From contig OZ024740.1 of NCBI GenBank assembly GCA_964016885.1, positions 438,092,001 through 438,156,000 on the forward strand: a DNA stretch of 64,000 nt, written 5' to 3'. Of the stretch, positions 41,921 to 55,548 are shown piece after piece. A model generated the notes under the pieces. It worked only from the letters and a program-made list of their open reading frames with translations. It had not been told where the DNA came from and did not search any database. The position numbers and the translations under genes are program-made. The DNA is from Eledone cirrhosa (Eukaryota). Position 1 is the first letter of the stretch. Every line of letters starts with the position of its first letter.

Positions 41921-43820
41921 CGGTATGGCAATAATACTAACACTAGGATAGAAGCTAGAAAATTGAAGTGCAATAGGAAAGACGGGAAAGCCTGTGAACC
42001 CCTCCGGGTAAGGTTACCACCCCAGTTTCTTTTTACCGCGGAAGATGGATTGTCTATGCCTAGGGCCAACTCTTCCCCTAGTACGAAAAATAGGAAAAAT
42101 AGACGAAGATCTAATTCCTACTTAAACCACCATACAACTCGGAGGTATCTATCAACCAATATACCAAAGGCATTCTTCTCGATCTTGGACCCCCCCCCCC
42201 CGGTAGTAAATACCATAGTATCATTAATAAAAACACAATGAAGCTATCATTCTCCACTACACCAAATCTAGCTCGTCACCTATCCATAACGAACAACAAA
42301 AACATTAGAAAGGGTTTTGATACCATTGCAGCTGCGGCACACCGGCAACCACTATATGGACCTGATGCAGCGTCACCCAGCAATACTATCCACACATCTG
42401 ATGTACTGTTGCCAAATCTGGAACGCACGGAAAACCAAACATCTCCTGTGCCGCAGACTCACATACACCGAAAATGTAACTGCAGACGAAAGGCAGAGTA
42501 CCCCCTAAAGGGACAATGCCTTATAAACAATATTGTCTACGCATGTGATGTTACAACTCGGACCTCCTCCAAAACATATATAGGGTCTACATCGACCCCC
42601 TTTAAGACTAGATATAACTCCGATCGCTATACATTTAGAAATGATAGACTTAAGAATACTACATCCCTAGCTAGTTACATATCCCCCCTGAAGAACACTG
42701 ATAATCAATACACGCTTGATTGGAGAATCATCACTAAAATCATCGCAGTACAGACCCCCTAACAAGACCTGTGACCTTTGTCTCTCTGAATCACACGCCA
42801 TAATACATTCCAAACTGAACCTGCTAAATAGGAAGTCGGAGATATTCTCTTCTTGCCCGAACATAAATCCTTCTATTACTTTAGACCAATTAGCGAACGC
42901 TGTAGGACCTGCATACATCTGTCCTGTCTGGCCTACGTGAAACCACGCCGCATTGCATCCTGGTTCCTTTGTGACGACAACTGCCCTTCAGGTGCATATA
43001 GACTACTCTAATACCTCTTCTCTTCTCCCCCCCTCTCTTACTTTTCTTCCTCTCTTCCCTAGTTCATCTTATTGAACCACAAGCCAAGTACCCTGGGGTA
43101 GAACCTACTTAAGGCTTTTCACTATACCTATCACAGCTTGACCCTATATAGGCACATACCCACACTAATCATGTTAGTATGGTTTACAAACACACCCATT
43201 GTGCGCCTACTGATAGCACAGCACAATAGTCTGTCGAAAGCCCAGAAAACCCCGCCGCAGCTATAAAGCGGGTGAATTGGGCACCCGGGGTCTATTTAAC
43301 CGTAACCCTAAAGTGTGTAATAGATTTAACCTAGTATAGTGAACTATGGTAGCAAATCGTGTGGGCTGGGCGCCGCTGAATCGACCTAGCCCTAGGAGGA
43401 AGGGGAGGTTGATCGTCGAAGGCTTCGAATCAAACAAAAGACTCGCCCCTAGCATCCCGTTGGAAATCTAATGAATCCGCCCTTTATGACGCGAATTGCC
43501 TCCTATACCTTTCATAGGCACACTACGACTTCCTGTGTTTATATTCAGACTATCGTTATGTGTTACTAGCGAGAGACTAATCTTTGAAAGTTGGAGTTAG
43601 TTGAATATGAATTGTGATCCAGCTTTGATGAATTATAGAACCACACTCAAGGCAAAGTGCAGCACTGGATATTGAACTCCCGCCGACCCAGGAGGGGTCA
43701 CACCCGACTGCGAATGGATTGCAATCTCCGGAGTCAATAATCTAAACGAAAACCACGTGGCGGAAATATAAATAACATAGCTGTCATTGACAGGTTTGGC
43801 TGTGAGTTCTCTCTTCTATA
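41920..43820 (+). mobile_element. Decayed 5'-truncated Penelope-like element (GIY-YIG region about 42090-42890)
   Basis: KLSFSTTPN, CNCRR...PLKGQCL.NNIVY, KTYIGST...FKTRYN, CDLCLSE, LLNRKSE; frameshifted. Confidence 0.88.
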
Positions 43821-44612
43821 TATATATCTATATATTCTACAGAAATTTGCACTCACTCTAATAAACCCGCCTATTATTATAACAATATCTGCTCACTCTG
43901 CTATATGTAATTCTGGAAGCGGAGTTTCCTATATACACTTTTTCTCTATATGTAACGGGATAGCCATCACGATTTGTATTTACTGTGGTACAGTTGTATG
44001 CGGTGCGATACATTGGTTGAACGCCAACTTGGACATAGAGTTTCATCTGACACGTTGGATTGAGCGACCGAACGTGAGGATTTTTGAGAATGCCAGTTTC
44101 TGCGGACCTGGCGTGTTTTCAATTTCCTCACAACTGTGCCGGCTGTGTATATACCATACATTTCTTTAATTCTTCGTACTTTCTTTTATTTTTTATTTTA
44201 GATTTCAGGTGTATACCCCAGACCGCCTATGGTGATAAATCCCCTGGGTATAGGTTTTGGAAAAATAGTGTTATCTCACTTAACGTTCGGAACCGGAACA
44301 TATGGATATGGTTCGTAGAGTGCAGATATGATAAGGAGAATCGACCTGTTACAAGGCGATATAATTGGAGTAAACCATCCCTCATATGGACTATCATACA
44401 TGTAAGGCTGCACCACTGCTAACCAACTATTCTTTTCACAGACTCATACTTGCAAACTCTCTTGATCTGCCTGTACACCCTCTTTTTGCACTGCTTGTGC
44501 TTGTGATTTTTAATGCGATGAAATATCAATGATGGTTGGCAAATCACTGACGAAGGACTAATTTTATCATATGTAACCCATGTGCAACCACGCAATATTC
44601 TTCTTTCTTCTC

Positions 44613-44976
<364 letters not shown>

Positions 44977-44997
44977 TATATATATATATATATATAA

Positions 44998-45298
44998 TGT
45001 TATACTTGGGGAGGGTCATATTGTTGTAATATTGCCAGAAATAATAACAGAACACACACATTGTTTGGTTGGTTTTCGCTTCTGTATCTTTTACATCTCC
45101 ATAGTTTATTTATTTGGCAATCAATGATAAACATTGATTTCCAAATAAATTAACTATGGAGATATAAAAGATACAGAAGTGAAAACCAACCAAACAGTGA
45201 GTGTGTTCTGTTATTATTTCTGGCAATATTACAACAACATGACATTCCCCAAGTATAACAATATTTGTTTCGACACACGATTTCATATCAAAAACAAA
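44998..45298. mobile_element. Family K palindrome, about 129-bp arms and 5-nt loop
   Basis: 44998-45126 versus 45132-45260. Confidence 0.85.
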
Positions 45299-45317
45299 TA
45301 TATATATATATATATAT

Positions 45318-45504
45318 AGGAACGAGTAGGACCCCGACGGCTGAGCTCAAGCCCTTTCGACGGCTAATTCTGGACTGAATTAACCGTCGAAACGGCTTGA
45401 GCTCAGCCGTCGGGGTCCTACTCGTTCCTATTACCCACTCTACTACCCTAAGTATTGAGTACTTTAGTGCGTTATGGTCCATCTGGTTCCTTACCACATT
45501 TTCG

Positions 45505-45505
<1 letters not shown>
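45318..45505 (+). mobile_element. Solo truncated pseudo-LTR of family C with inverted duplication
   Basis: Matches the PLE terminus 3278-3409; contains only the HHR 3' half, twice, inverted. Confidence 0.85.
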
Positions 45506-45546
<41 letters not shown>

Positions 45547-45595
45547 TAGCGAGGTTTTTAATATGAAATCGTGTGGAGGAACAAAGAATATAACA

Positions 45596-45635
45596 CCACT
45601 GACGATGTTGCAGATGTGCAACGAAAGATTTATGT
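45596..45635 (+). ncRNA. Minimal hammerhead (family K), weak stem I
   Basis: CA-CTGACGA-tGTTGCA-gatg-TGCAAC-GAAA-gatt-TA|TG. Confidence 0.6.
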
Positions 45636-45882
45636 AAATTAGGTAAACTATATATATGTGTTTGTGTCTATATTGTATCTGTATTATTTTTGACCGTCGG
45701 TCAGTCAATGGCAACATTGAGGACCGAGTAAGTTAGATCGCAGATATAAAAGACAGCGAGAAGCGAAAACCAACCAAACAGTGAGTGTGTTCTGTTATTA
45801 ATTCTGGCAATATTACGCAAATATGACCCTCCCCAAGTATAACAATATATATATATATATATATTTATTAAAATATCAGATT

Positions 45883-45933
45883 AGTTTCAGAAGATCCCGT
45901 TAAGGGTGAAAGCAGCGATTCTTTGCTTAAACT
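45883..45933 (+). ncRNA. Type I hammerhead with U4A change (family M)
   Basis: AGTTT-CAGAAGA-tCCC-gttaa-GGGt-GAAA-GCA-loop-TGC-TT|AAACT. Confidence 0.6.
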
Positions 45934-46043
45934 TTAATCTGTTATTTTAATAAATATTTGCTCTACGGTTCTTATATATTTGATACATCTTTATCCTTAT
46001 CGAGCCCTCTTTGGATTTTAGTCTTCAAATTTATTATTATTAC

Positions 46044-46088
<45 letters not shown>

Positions 46089-46089
46089 A

Positions 46090-46518
46090 AATAAATATAC
46101 ACGGGTGTGTATGATTGTGTATAAAAGATTATATTAATAAAAGGAATTCCAACTTTGTCTGATTAACTCGTTTTATTTACAATCCTTTAAAACTATAATG
46201 ATATTATAATGAAATAGTATGGTAGAATATTAAATGTTAATTGAACAAGTACTTTCATGCTTTCGCAATCTTCAGGTTCATATTCAGTGGTGACAGTCAA
46301 GTTTGCAATTTTCGACTGTCGACATTTTCACAGTCGAAAAATTCAAACTTGACTGTCACCACTGAATATGAACCTAAAGATTGCGAAAGCATGAAAGTAC
46401 TTGTTCAATTAACATTTAATATTCTACCATACTATTTCATTATAATATCATTATAGTTTTAAAGGATTGTAAATAAAACGAGTTAATCAAACAAAGTTTG
46501 AATTCCTTTTATTAATAT
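46090..46518. mobile_element. Family A palindrome with two inverted hammerheads
   Basis: Minus HHR 46242-46280 intact (CTGAAGA); plus HHR 46369-46407 has CTAAAGA. Confidence 0.88.
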
Positions 46519-46527
46519 ATATATATA

Positions 46528-46716
46528 GCGGTGGATTGGCAGTATCGGTAGAGGGTCGGACGCCATGCTTTGAAGCATAGAGTTACGTCCCTTTATGATC
46601 TGAGTTCAAATCCCTCCGAGGTTAACTTTGCCTTTCATCCTTACGGGGTCGATAAAATAAAGTACCAGTAATGTACTGGGTAATTGCTGGCCTTGTGCCA
46701 AAAAGTAGAAACAATT
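46528..46716 (+). mobile_element. SINE, full length
   Basis: Family consensus. Confidence 0.85.
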
Positions 46717-46812
46717 AATATATATATATATATATATATACATTATGAAGAGAGAAGAAACATTTAGATATAATTAGTAATAAAATGTATCATACCTAAA
46801 CTGTTCCTAAAT

Positions 46813-46900
46813 TCCTCGACTACGTAGTTTCGTGGCATAAACAAAAACAATATATCAAAGATATAGAGTCCTTGCGAGGTCTGCCGACTTATCAAGAGGA
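46813..46900 (-). ncRNA. Type I hammerhead, U3-A8 variant (family L)
   Basis: Reverse complement of 47353-47440. Confidence 0.82.
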
Positions 46901-47352
46901 TACCTCATTTTACTAGTCTCAAGAACGCGTCTACACGACTGGTTCAGTCTAGTTCAAACTGAATTGGTCTGTCCCAGTCATTCATTGAGCAACATCGGTG
47001 AAGTTGGCACCCTTAACTCACAGTTGGGTGCGGATGCATTCATGTATATATGTGTGTGTCCGCATGTATCTGTGTGTTTCTAAATATATTAATAACTCCC
47101 TCTGGTCGAGCAATCTTTGAAGTGTGGGGACAACTGGAAAGCTTCCATTACTCATACTTCTCGCCTTCTTCACTACCTCTTCTACGGCCTCGATATGAAT
47201 ACCCCCTCCGCCTCCGTGGTATTTTCTTCGTGGTTATAAGAGGCTTAGCTCTGTTTCTCGACCGTTATATCGCGTGACTATCTCCCCCTCCGCCTTTTGG
47301 GATTCTTTCTCACGTCGTGTAGACGCGTTCTTGAGACTAGTAAAATGAGGTA

Positions 47353-47440
47353 TCCTCTTGATAAGTCGGCAGACCTCGCAAGGACTCTATATCTTTGATA
47401 TATTGTTTTTGTTTATGCCACGAAACTACGTAGTCGAGGA
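47353..47440 (+). ncRNA. Type I hammerhead, U3-A8 variant (family L)
   Basis: TCCTC-TTGATAA-GT(c)GGCA...TGCCAC-GAAA-CTACGTAG-TC|GAGGA; 10-nt palindrome ACTACGTAGT forms stem III. Confidence 0.85.
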
Positions 47441-47699
47441 ATTTAGGAACAGTTTAGGTATGATACATTTTATTACTAATTATATCTAAATGTTTCTTCT
47501 CTCTTCATAATGTATTTTTAACTCTGATACTGGTTCAGTCTAGTTCAAACTGAATTGGTCTGTCCCAGTCATTCATTGAGCAACATCGGTGAAGTTGGCA
47601 CCCTTAACTCACAGTTGGGTGCGGATGCATTCATGTATATATGTGTGTGTCCGCATGTATCTGTGTGTTTCTAAATATATATATATATATATATAATGG

Positions 47700-47996
47700 A
47701 AAACGAAAAATCAGTGATGCATCAAAACTCAATTTATTGTAAGTTACAATTGTTTCGCCTGCGGACAGCTCGAGACACGATCATTGTGAGGATTCTTTCT
47801 TTTGTGCAAATTCTTTCTTTTGTGAAAGAATTTGCTCCGAAATCATTAGACGTCTCCGTCGAACCTGCAGATCCAGAATCAGACAGATCCAGAATCAAAC
47901 AGATCCACACAATGATCGTGTCTCGAGCTGTCCGCCGGCGAAACAATTGTAACACACAATAAATTGAGTTCAGATGCATCACTAATTTTTCGTTTT
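47700..47996. mobile_element. Fold-back element family N, about 90-bp arms
   Basis: 47700-47788 versus 47907-47996; arms carry GC-GAAA-CAATTG-TA. Confidence 0.75.
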
Positions 47997-48409
47997 ATAT
48001 TATATCATACTCTGCTCTGTAAGAGCATAGAGTGCTCAACCGGCATACCGCCTATGGAAGCATCTTAGCTACCATCAGACACACACATATACACACACAC
48101 ACACATATATATATATAATAAGGAAAAGGCGAAGTTTAGTGTAGATGTTAAAGACAAGGGAACAGAATTCGGCTATGGTAACACCATTCCTCTCCGTTCC
48201 CTTATCTTTAGAATGGATTGCTTCGAAAACGTAAACCTATTGCATTAAGATGATGTCTGATGATATCATGTGATCGATTAGCTGATTAAGCAATCACGTA
48301 GCTACGATTGTCATTGAGCAGCTTTGTTAATAAAGGGCTCTTTAACATCTACCGTCACGTTGTATACGCAACCCCGTTTAGTCAACATGTTGACCGTAAG
48401 TACATATAT

Positions 48410-48639
48410 ATATATGTGTGTGTGTGTGTGAGAGAGTTCATGTATTATGTTGTGTGTGTGTGCGCGTGTGCTTGTATTGGTGGGAATTTGTGTGTATACA
48501 TGTATGTGTGTGCAGGTCATTGTAAGTGTTAGAATCAATGTTTATGTTATGTCCATAGACTTCTATTTCAATATACTATATCCTCTCTTTCTCCTGTATA
48601 ACGCTCCCTCATTATATACCAGTGACTCTAGGAAGGTGG

Positions 48640-48729
<90 letters not shown>

Positions 48730-48765
48730 TCACACATACACACACATTCACACAGACACATTCTC

Positions 48766-48816
<51 letters not shown>

Positions 48817-48850
48817 TGCATGTATCTATATATGTATATATATTTGTGTT

Positions 48851-48890
<40 letters not shown>

Positions 48891-48896
48891 CGAGTG

Positions 48897-48931
<35 letters not shown>

Positions 48932-48975
48932 TCGAGAGTGTGTGTCCATCTATAACACTGAATCTGGGAATGTGG

Positions 48976-49014
<39 letters not shown>

Positions 49015-49543
49015 TATATGCGTGTGTGCGTGTCTGTGTATGTTGCGTGTATGTGTTGTGTGTGATGTTTGTGTGTGTGTATCTATGAAGATAGGGAATT
49101 TACTTGGTGTATTGCTTCTGTTATTAACGACCATCTTTTCTACAGACCAACTTGGCACTCAGCAGGATAACAACAACAATAACAGTAGTAATAATAACAA
49201 CAACAACAACCACAGGAACAACAGCAACAACAACAGTAGTAGTAATAACAACAACAACAACAACTAGTAATAATAAATAAACACGAAACTAGTAAAAAAA
49301 CACAGCAAAAATCCTAAAAGCATAAACATCTATTTTCTGCTGCAGAATTACTTTGGTGAATCGTAAAAATCTATGAGTCAAAAAGTTAATGTAAAATTGT
49401 AAGATTAAGGACAAAATGTCCATATATATATGTATACGCAAACATACATACATACATATATACATATATATATGTATACGCATACATACACATACACACA
49501 TATATATAAATATATATATATATATATATGTATACGCATACAT

Positions 49544-49625
<82 letters not shown>

Positions 49626-50736
49626 CTATCAATATACATGTATATATATATCATATATACATATATATATACATGTATATATAACGATATACATGTATAT
49701 ATATATATATACATGGTTTTATGTATATATTATATATAAAACTGTATATATATATATATAACTGTGTGTGTGTGTGGGGGGGGGGTCTGTGTGTGTGTGT
49801 GTGTGTGTGTCTATATAGGGGTGAGTATGCGAATATTTAGGTTCAGATATATGTATGAGTATTCATATATACATATAGCGCCATATATATATGTGTATAT
49901 ACACACAAAAATACATATCTATATGTGCACAAGCATACATATATCTATACACACACACATACTTACATAAATGCATACCCCTCCACACATATATATATAT
50001 TTATATATATATATATACATATATATATTTCGCATGTAGTAAGTCTCCCAAGATGTTACATTGGTCGGTATAAACGAAGCAAATGTGAGGTAGCCATCTT
50101 TCGTCTATAAAGCACATAATGCTGAAAGTTCAAACCTCTTGTGAGCTTATAAATAATAAGATAGCCAAGGTAGCTGATATGGAGAGGGAGGAATAGTTGG
50201 AAATGAAAAACGATAGATGGATAAATTAGGGGAAAAGCTCTTGAAAATATGCAACAAGTAAAGCAAAGAAAACACTAAGAACTGTTACTGTTGAAGAATA
50301 AAAAACATAACATTGGCAAAACACTTTTAATAAGAGCATTTGAGGACAGATCTACCTCTAAAAGAGCATTCCATACTAAATGCTCGTACATCAATGTTGT
50401 TCTGAAACACTCCTTTAGATTTTATTTTTCTGCTTGTTATTTGTTGTTCTTTTTTCCTTCACACTCTTTAATATAGTTTTCTAGTTCTTCTTGTTCTTCT
50501 TGTCCTTACTGTTCTGTTTCCTCTTGTTCTCTTTCTTCTTCTTCTTCTTCTTCTTCTTCTTCTTCTTCTTCTTCTTCTTCTTCTTCTTCTTCTTCTTCTT
50601 CTTCTTCTTCTTCTTCTTCTTCTTCTCATCTAACTCCTGAATTGTAAAGACGGCTCAGTTTCTATATTTTCATTTCTTTATGTGTCTCTGTCTCCTGCTG
50701 TCAAATACTCCTCTCTCTTTTTCTCTCACTCTTGCA

Positions 50737-50782
<46 letters not shown>

Positions 50783-50830
50783 ACACACACACACATATAT
50801 ATATATGTATACTCACACACATACACCCAG
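48410..50830. repeat. Microsatellite-rich block (CA, TA, AAC, TTC)
   Basis: Direct reading; long (TTC)n at about 50532-50625. Confidence 0.85.
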
Positions 50831-51960
50831 ACGCACCAAACACACACAAACACATATATATGTATATGTGGGTACATGGGTGTTTATGTTGGAGTATATA
50901 AAGAGAAAGAAACGGAAATAAAGATTCCTACACATATTTTCTTCTCTCGTTCCGATAGTTAATGCGCATGTGCCTGGAGAGACGGATTTAGGATCCACAT
51001 ATTTCTGTATACGAGAGACAGATTGTAGTTGATGATGATTGCTGGTTTATTGAGAACACCGAGCTGTTTTTATCTAATTCTTGTACTTATTGTATTCTTA
51101 TGTTTTTTACACCATTGCCTAAAGTTGAACGCTAGCCAATAAAATCCTTAGTTACATCTTCTCACTGAATAACATCCGAATATCTTGGCCCTCCTGTCAC
51201 TGAGCTCCTGTCTGTAATATGGTATACAAGTCTTTGGAAACGAGTAAAGATGTTCTGTCCATACTACCCATGTTTTTAGTTACCATGACTTCAATACTGG
51301 CGTTCATTGCAAGCTATGTCCCCCACCATCTCGCTGGTCACTCTGTTTGGCCTCTGTTTGGCCTCTTGTATCATAAGAATATGAGATTTATGAAGAGAAC
51401 TAGACACAGATGACATCCCTCAAGAGTGTTCCTATTGTCCCAAGCTAAGCATTTACCACTATCAACTGTGACATGCGCTGGAATATGAAGCTAAAATTGA
51501 TGCATCAACTTATATAGTTAGGCCAACTGTGACACACGATGGTGCAACAGGTTTCATACAACTAAACCAGATGGATATTGATTGTTTAACTATCTATCTA
51601 GTTATCAAAGAAAGGAGGAAAAGAGAGGAAATAGACCCTAAAATATATTTTCCGTGCTATTTCCAGCTTCACCTTTTCTCTATAACCACTGTATGGTATA
51701 GAAACTTACTTCCCTTTTTAAATATATATATATATATATATATATAAAAATTCAGCGAGAATCGCATTTCGGCGGGTAGAAAAAGCGAAACGTAACGCAA
51801 ATTCCGAGTCATGCTGGCAAGCGCTCCATGGGCTAAAAGACCAGAGCAATAAACATATGTTATAAAGACCAAACAAACTGAGAAGGCGGTCAAGAAGCCA
51901 TAAACCACCTAAGCCAAAAAACAAGTCAAGCTAAACAGGTCAGACAAAATAAATGACATA

Positions 51961-52024
<64 letters not shown>

Positions 52025-52165
52025 CATGTACACATATATATATGTACGTATGGATTCACCGAACATTTATTATAATGCTCAGTGTGTTTGTAAACAAACA
52101 ACCCGAATTAAGCCGTACAGTGTCTAGCAACCATCGTTGCTCATTTGTTCAACACTGACAAAGGA

Positions 52166-52208
52166 ACGCTGTACTAGTTTCAAGCTTATTAGCTATCGTC
52201 AGCAACGT
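52166..52208 (-). ncRNA. Minimal type I hammerhead (family P)
   Basis: ACGTTG-CTGACGA-tAGCT-aata-AGCTt-GAAA-CTAG-TA|CAGCGT. Confidence 0.82.
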
Positions 52209-52445
52209 ATACCTTCCTGCCAGATGGTTGAACGTCTGAAAGTATATATTTTCATTATGCATATTAACGGCTGAGCAGCCTAATTTGCATATCGAGTGAG
52301 TTAATCGGCCGGGGTACCGAAAACGATAAACGGAAAAAAATGAAACGAAATTTCATTTCTCACTCTTAGTACGGCTGTTACTTAAATATAAGTATGTATA
52401 CGTACATACAGATATGTATACAGACGTACAGTAGTATGTTTATAT

Positions 52446-55400
52446 GTTCGCAACACTCAGCCTCAGTGGTCGAGAGCCGCGGCAGTCCGTCGAGGTAGAC
52501 ACTAAAGTCCATCCCTCAATCCGGCCCGCCGCTGCCCCCGAAAAGATCTGCGAAGTGTCGCTGAAAAGCTTCACACATTTGCCTGGGATCGAGTAGCATG
52601 CGCCCGTCGTGGTCCACCAAAGACCGGATCGTGACTTTGTTGCCACGACGCGCCTCCACCACTCGGGCCCATTGAATGGCTTTCATCCTCTCGTGTCTGA
52701 GAGCACGCACCCTAGCTTTGACAACGCAGCCTTCGTGCTTTGCATTGAAGAATCGGTCAAGGGCCAATTTCGCCGCAAGTACGTCGGTTGCGATGCCTTT
52801 GCTAAGCGCCACATCTAATTTTCTAACTAGTTCTCCCTCTGCTCTAATTTTCTCTATTGCTAAAGCCTTACTAACCTCATGGACTCTATTCTAATCGCTC
52901 TTTTCAGAGCAAACCACCACTTGTTGTTGACGATGGCCCCCGTCAACGTTCGCTTAACTAGTTCGCTAATCCGGTCTCTGTAGGCCTTGCGCGCTGGTAA
53001 CGACGCATTTAGCTTCCTCGTCTATGAAGCCTATCTAAGTCAAGCACACAGATCACGAATGTGTGGTCCGTGTAGCTGACTATCTTGAATTGTGGACAGA
53101 CTATGCTAGACCTATCTATTTCCCTACAAAATACTCTATCTAGATATGATCTGGATGACCCGATGCGGTTTGTCCAAGTCCACATTGGCACATTCAGGAA
53201 ATCCAATCGTACCTGTCAGACAGTTCAAAACGTCTGAGCAGGTTGGTGAGGCTCTTGCACCCTTCTCCCCTATCCGCTAATCCCACACAGTCCCAGCGTG
53301 CATCTAAGATCCCGTTCCAGTCGCCCACTAACACTAAAGAGCGGGACGTTCCGAGAAAGGTTTCCAGACGCCGGAAGAAATCAGGCCGCTTTGCTCCTGT
53401 CGGGGCATAGACGGCCACTAGCCTGAAAGCTTTCCCGTCTCCGCTGGTCATATCCAGCACCACCAACTTACCTTCTGGGTCCAGGAAGATGGTCCGTATG
53501 GCGAGATCCAAACCTCTCCGAAAAAGAACAGCAACTCCTCCCCCCGATCCCGGACGGCTGGGAGATGCGTACACATAGTAGACGCCGAAGATCGGTGCGA
53601 AGGCCCGTGCTTCGGAGATTCTGGTCTCGCTGATGGCCACTACATCTATGTTTAGTGACCTGAGGTCGTTGAGCAGGTGGCCCTGCTTCCATGATGATCC
53701 CAAGCCACGCGCATTTATGCTGCCTATTCTGAGCGAGGTCATGTTGAAATGGAGTGGAAAATATGGGAAAGACCACTTACCTTACTTCTCTTAGAGGAAG
53801 GATGGTTTGTCCATCCCTTTTCACTTGATCGTCTGGTGAAGGGACCGTTGAATCGTCCCTTCGGCTGGTCGTCGGCTCTTCTGTGAGTATATCCGAATAT
53901 ACTCTACGGTTGAGTGTCCCTCCTAGGTCTCTGAAATCACCAACTGCGTTGGGGAATTTTGTTTTAATATTTGTGTATTGTTTCTGTGCTATTCTTACTA
54001 GTCTTATGTTCGTTGCTGTTTTGATTGGTGCTGGTATTATGTAGTCGTGCTGTGAAATGTCTGTGTGTTCAATTATGCAAGTCATTAGTTTCTTGTTGTG
54101 TGTATTTATTGCTGTACACTTGTTTTTCTGGGGGTGGGCTGTCGTTCTGCTATTTTCTTGTCGTTGTTGCTAGGTGTGTGTGTTTTGTTGTTGTTTTTGC
54201 GATGTTGGTGCTTGTGGTGGTGGTGTTGAAGGTGTTGTTGTTGTTTGCGGTGGGGTTGCCGCCGCTGGTGATGGTGGTGCTAGTGTGGGTGGTGATGGTG
54301 TTGTTGGTGTTGCTGCTGTAAGTCTCTTTGCAGTAGCCTTTACCCTTTTTTCATTTCTTTCCTCCCTCTTCGAAGACAACGATGCGCTGCTTCTGCGTTT
54401 GTGCCTTCTTGCGACCTTTTGCCATCCCTCTCCCACCTCACACTCCATGTCCGATTCTGCGAGGTCGTGGAGGGGTACCAGCTCTACTCTTTCACTTGTT
54501 GTTGTTGGTGATGTTTGCAGTGGAGTCTCTGTTGCAGCTGCAGTTGGTATTACTGTTGTTGTTGTTAATACTTCCACTGCTGCTGCTGTTCTTGATTTCC
54601 GTGGCGTGGGTATGGGTGCCTCGGACCTATCCTTCCTTCTTGCCGCCTGTCCTGTTGCTGGAAGCAGTGGAGCCGGTTTCGGAAGGAGGGGGGTTTTCTC
54701 CTTTCTCAGGGTCTTCTCATTGCAGAAGGCCCTTAGGTGAGTCTTCGATCCACAGCGAAAGCATTTCGGGCGTTTTCCCTCAACACTTATGGGCAGTTGA
54801 TTGCTGTTATCGAAGTCTATCACATCCGGGATAGCTTCGATGCTCTCCTGGTTGGTTTGGATTAACATCCCAATGGAGGTGCCGACCCAATCTTCTCGTA
54901 CTTTTTTCTGTATTTGCAGTACAGTTGTTTTATCCTCGATTCCGACGAGGACAGATGCGGCCAGCCAAGAAGGGGCCATCCCGAGAGGGGGGGGGGGGGG
55001 CGTGGGTCAGTTTGACCCTCACAATTTTTTGCCCGCAGTAGGAGGGCACCAACACCATTTCCTCGCTCCTTAGAGTCACTAAGGATTGAGCCTTTGCCTC
55101 CTGGGGTGTGGCAAAAAGCACGTCCACGGTGGCATATTTCTTGCCGCGGGTGATATGCGTTTTCCGCTGCCACACATACCCTAAGGCTTTTTGTATTTGA
55201 GCTTCTGTGGCTCTTTCAACCTTACGTGATTTTGTGCTTACTGTACGGTACGTGACCGTACAGTGCTGTTGGGTTTCGAAACATTTTTCGGCTGCCTTGC
55301 AGATTGCTCGGTGTCCGGTTTTCGTCACCATCTTCTTTGCTTCCTGTAATTCCTCATTTGTTATAAGGATGGTTTCCAGGTTCTTTGCGATACCTGCAAA

Positions 55401-55516
55401 CGAGATTGGTTTTTCTTTCTTGTTGTTGTTGTTGTTGTTGTCGTCAGAGCTGCTGTTACTTTTGTTGTTGCTGCTGGTACTACGACCGCCACCGCTGCTG
55501 TTGCTGTGGTTGTTGT

Positions 55517-55548
<32 letters not shown>

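Larger units (their letters stand above)
46741..47678. mobile_element. Family L: inverted plus partially tandem about 590-nt non-coding element
   Basis: 46741-46938 inverted versus 47316-47512; 46939-47088 directly repeated at 47530-47678. Confidence 0.9.

Noticed and set aside
43205-43790. Hammerhead at the 3' end of the second PLE
   Set aside because: Candidates near 43210 (CTGATAG) and 43625 (TTGATGA) need several mismatches; not supportable by eye.
43970-44060. Possible degenerate GIY-YIG (CGA.YIG) relic
   Set aside because: Requires frameshifts and stops; too weak.
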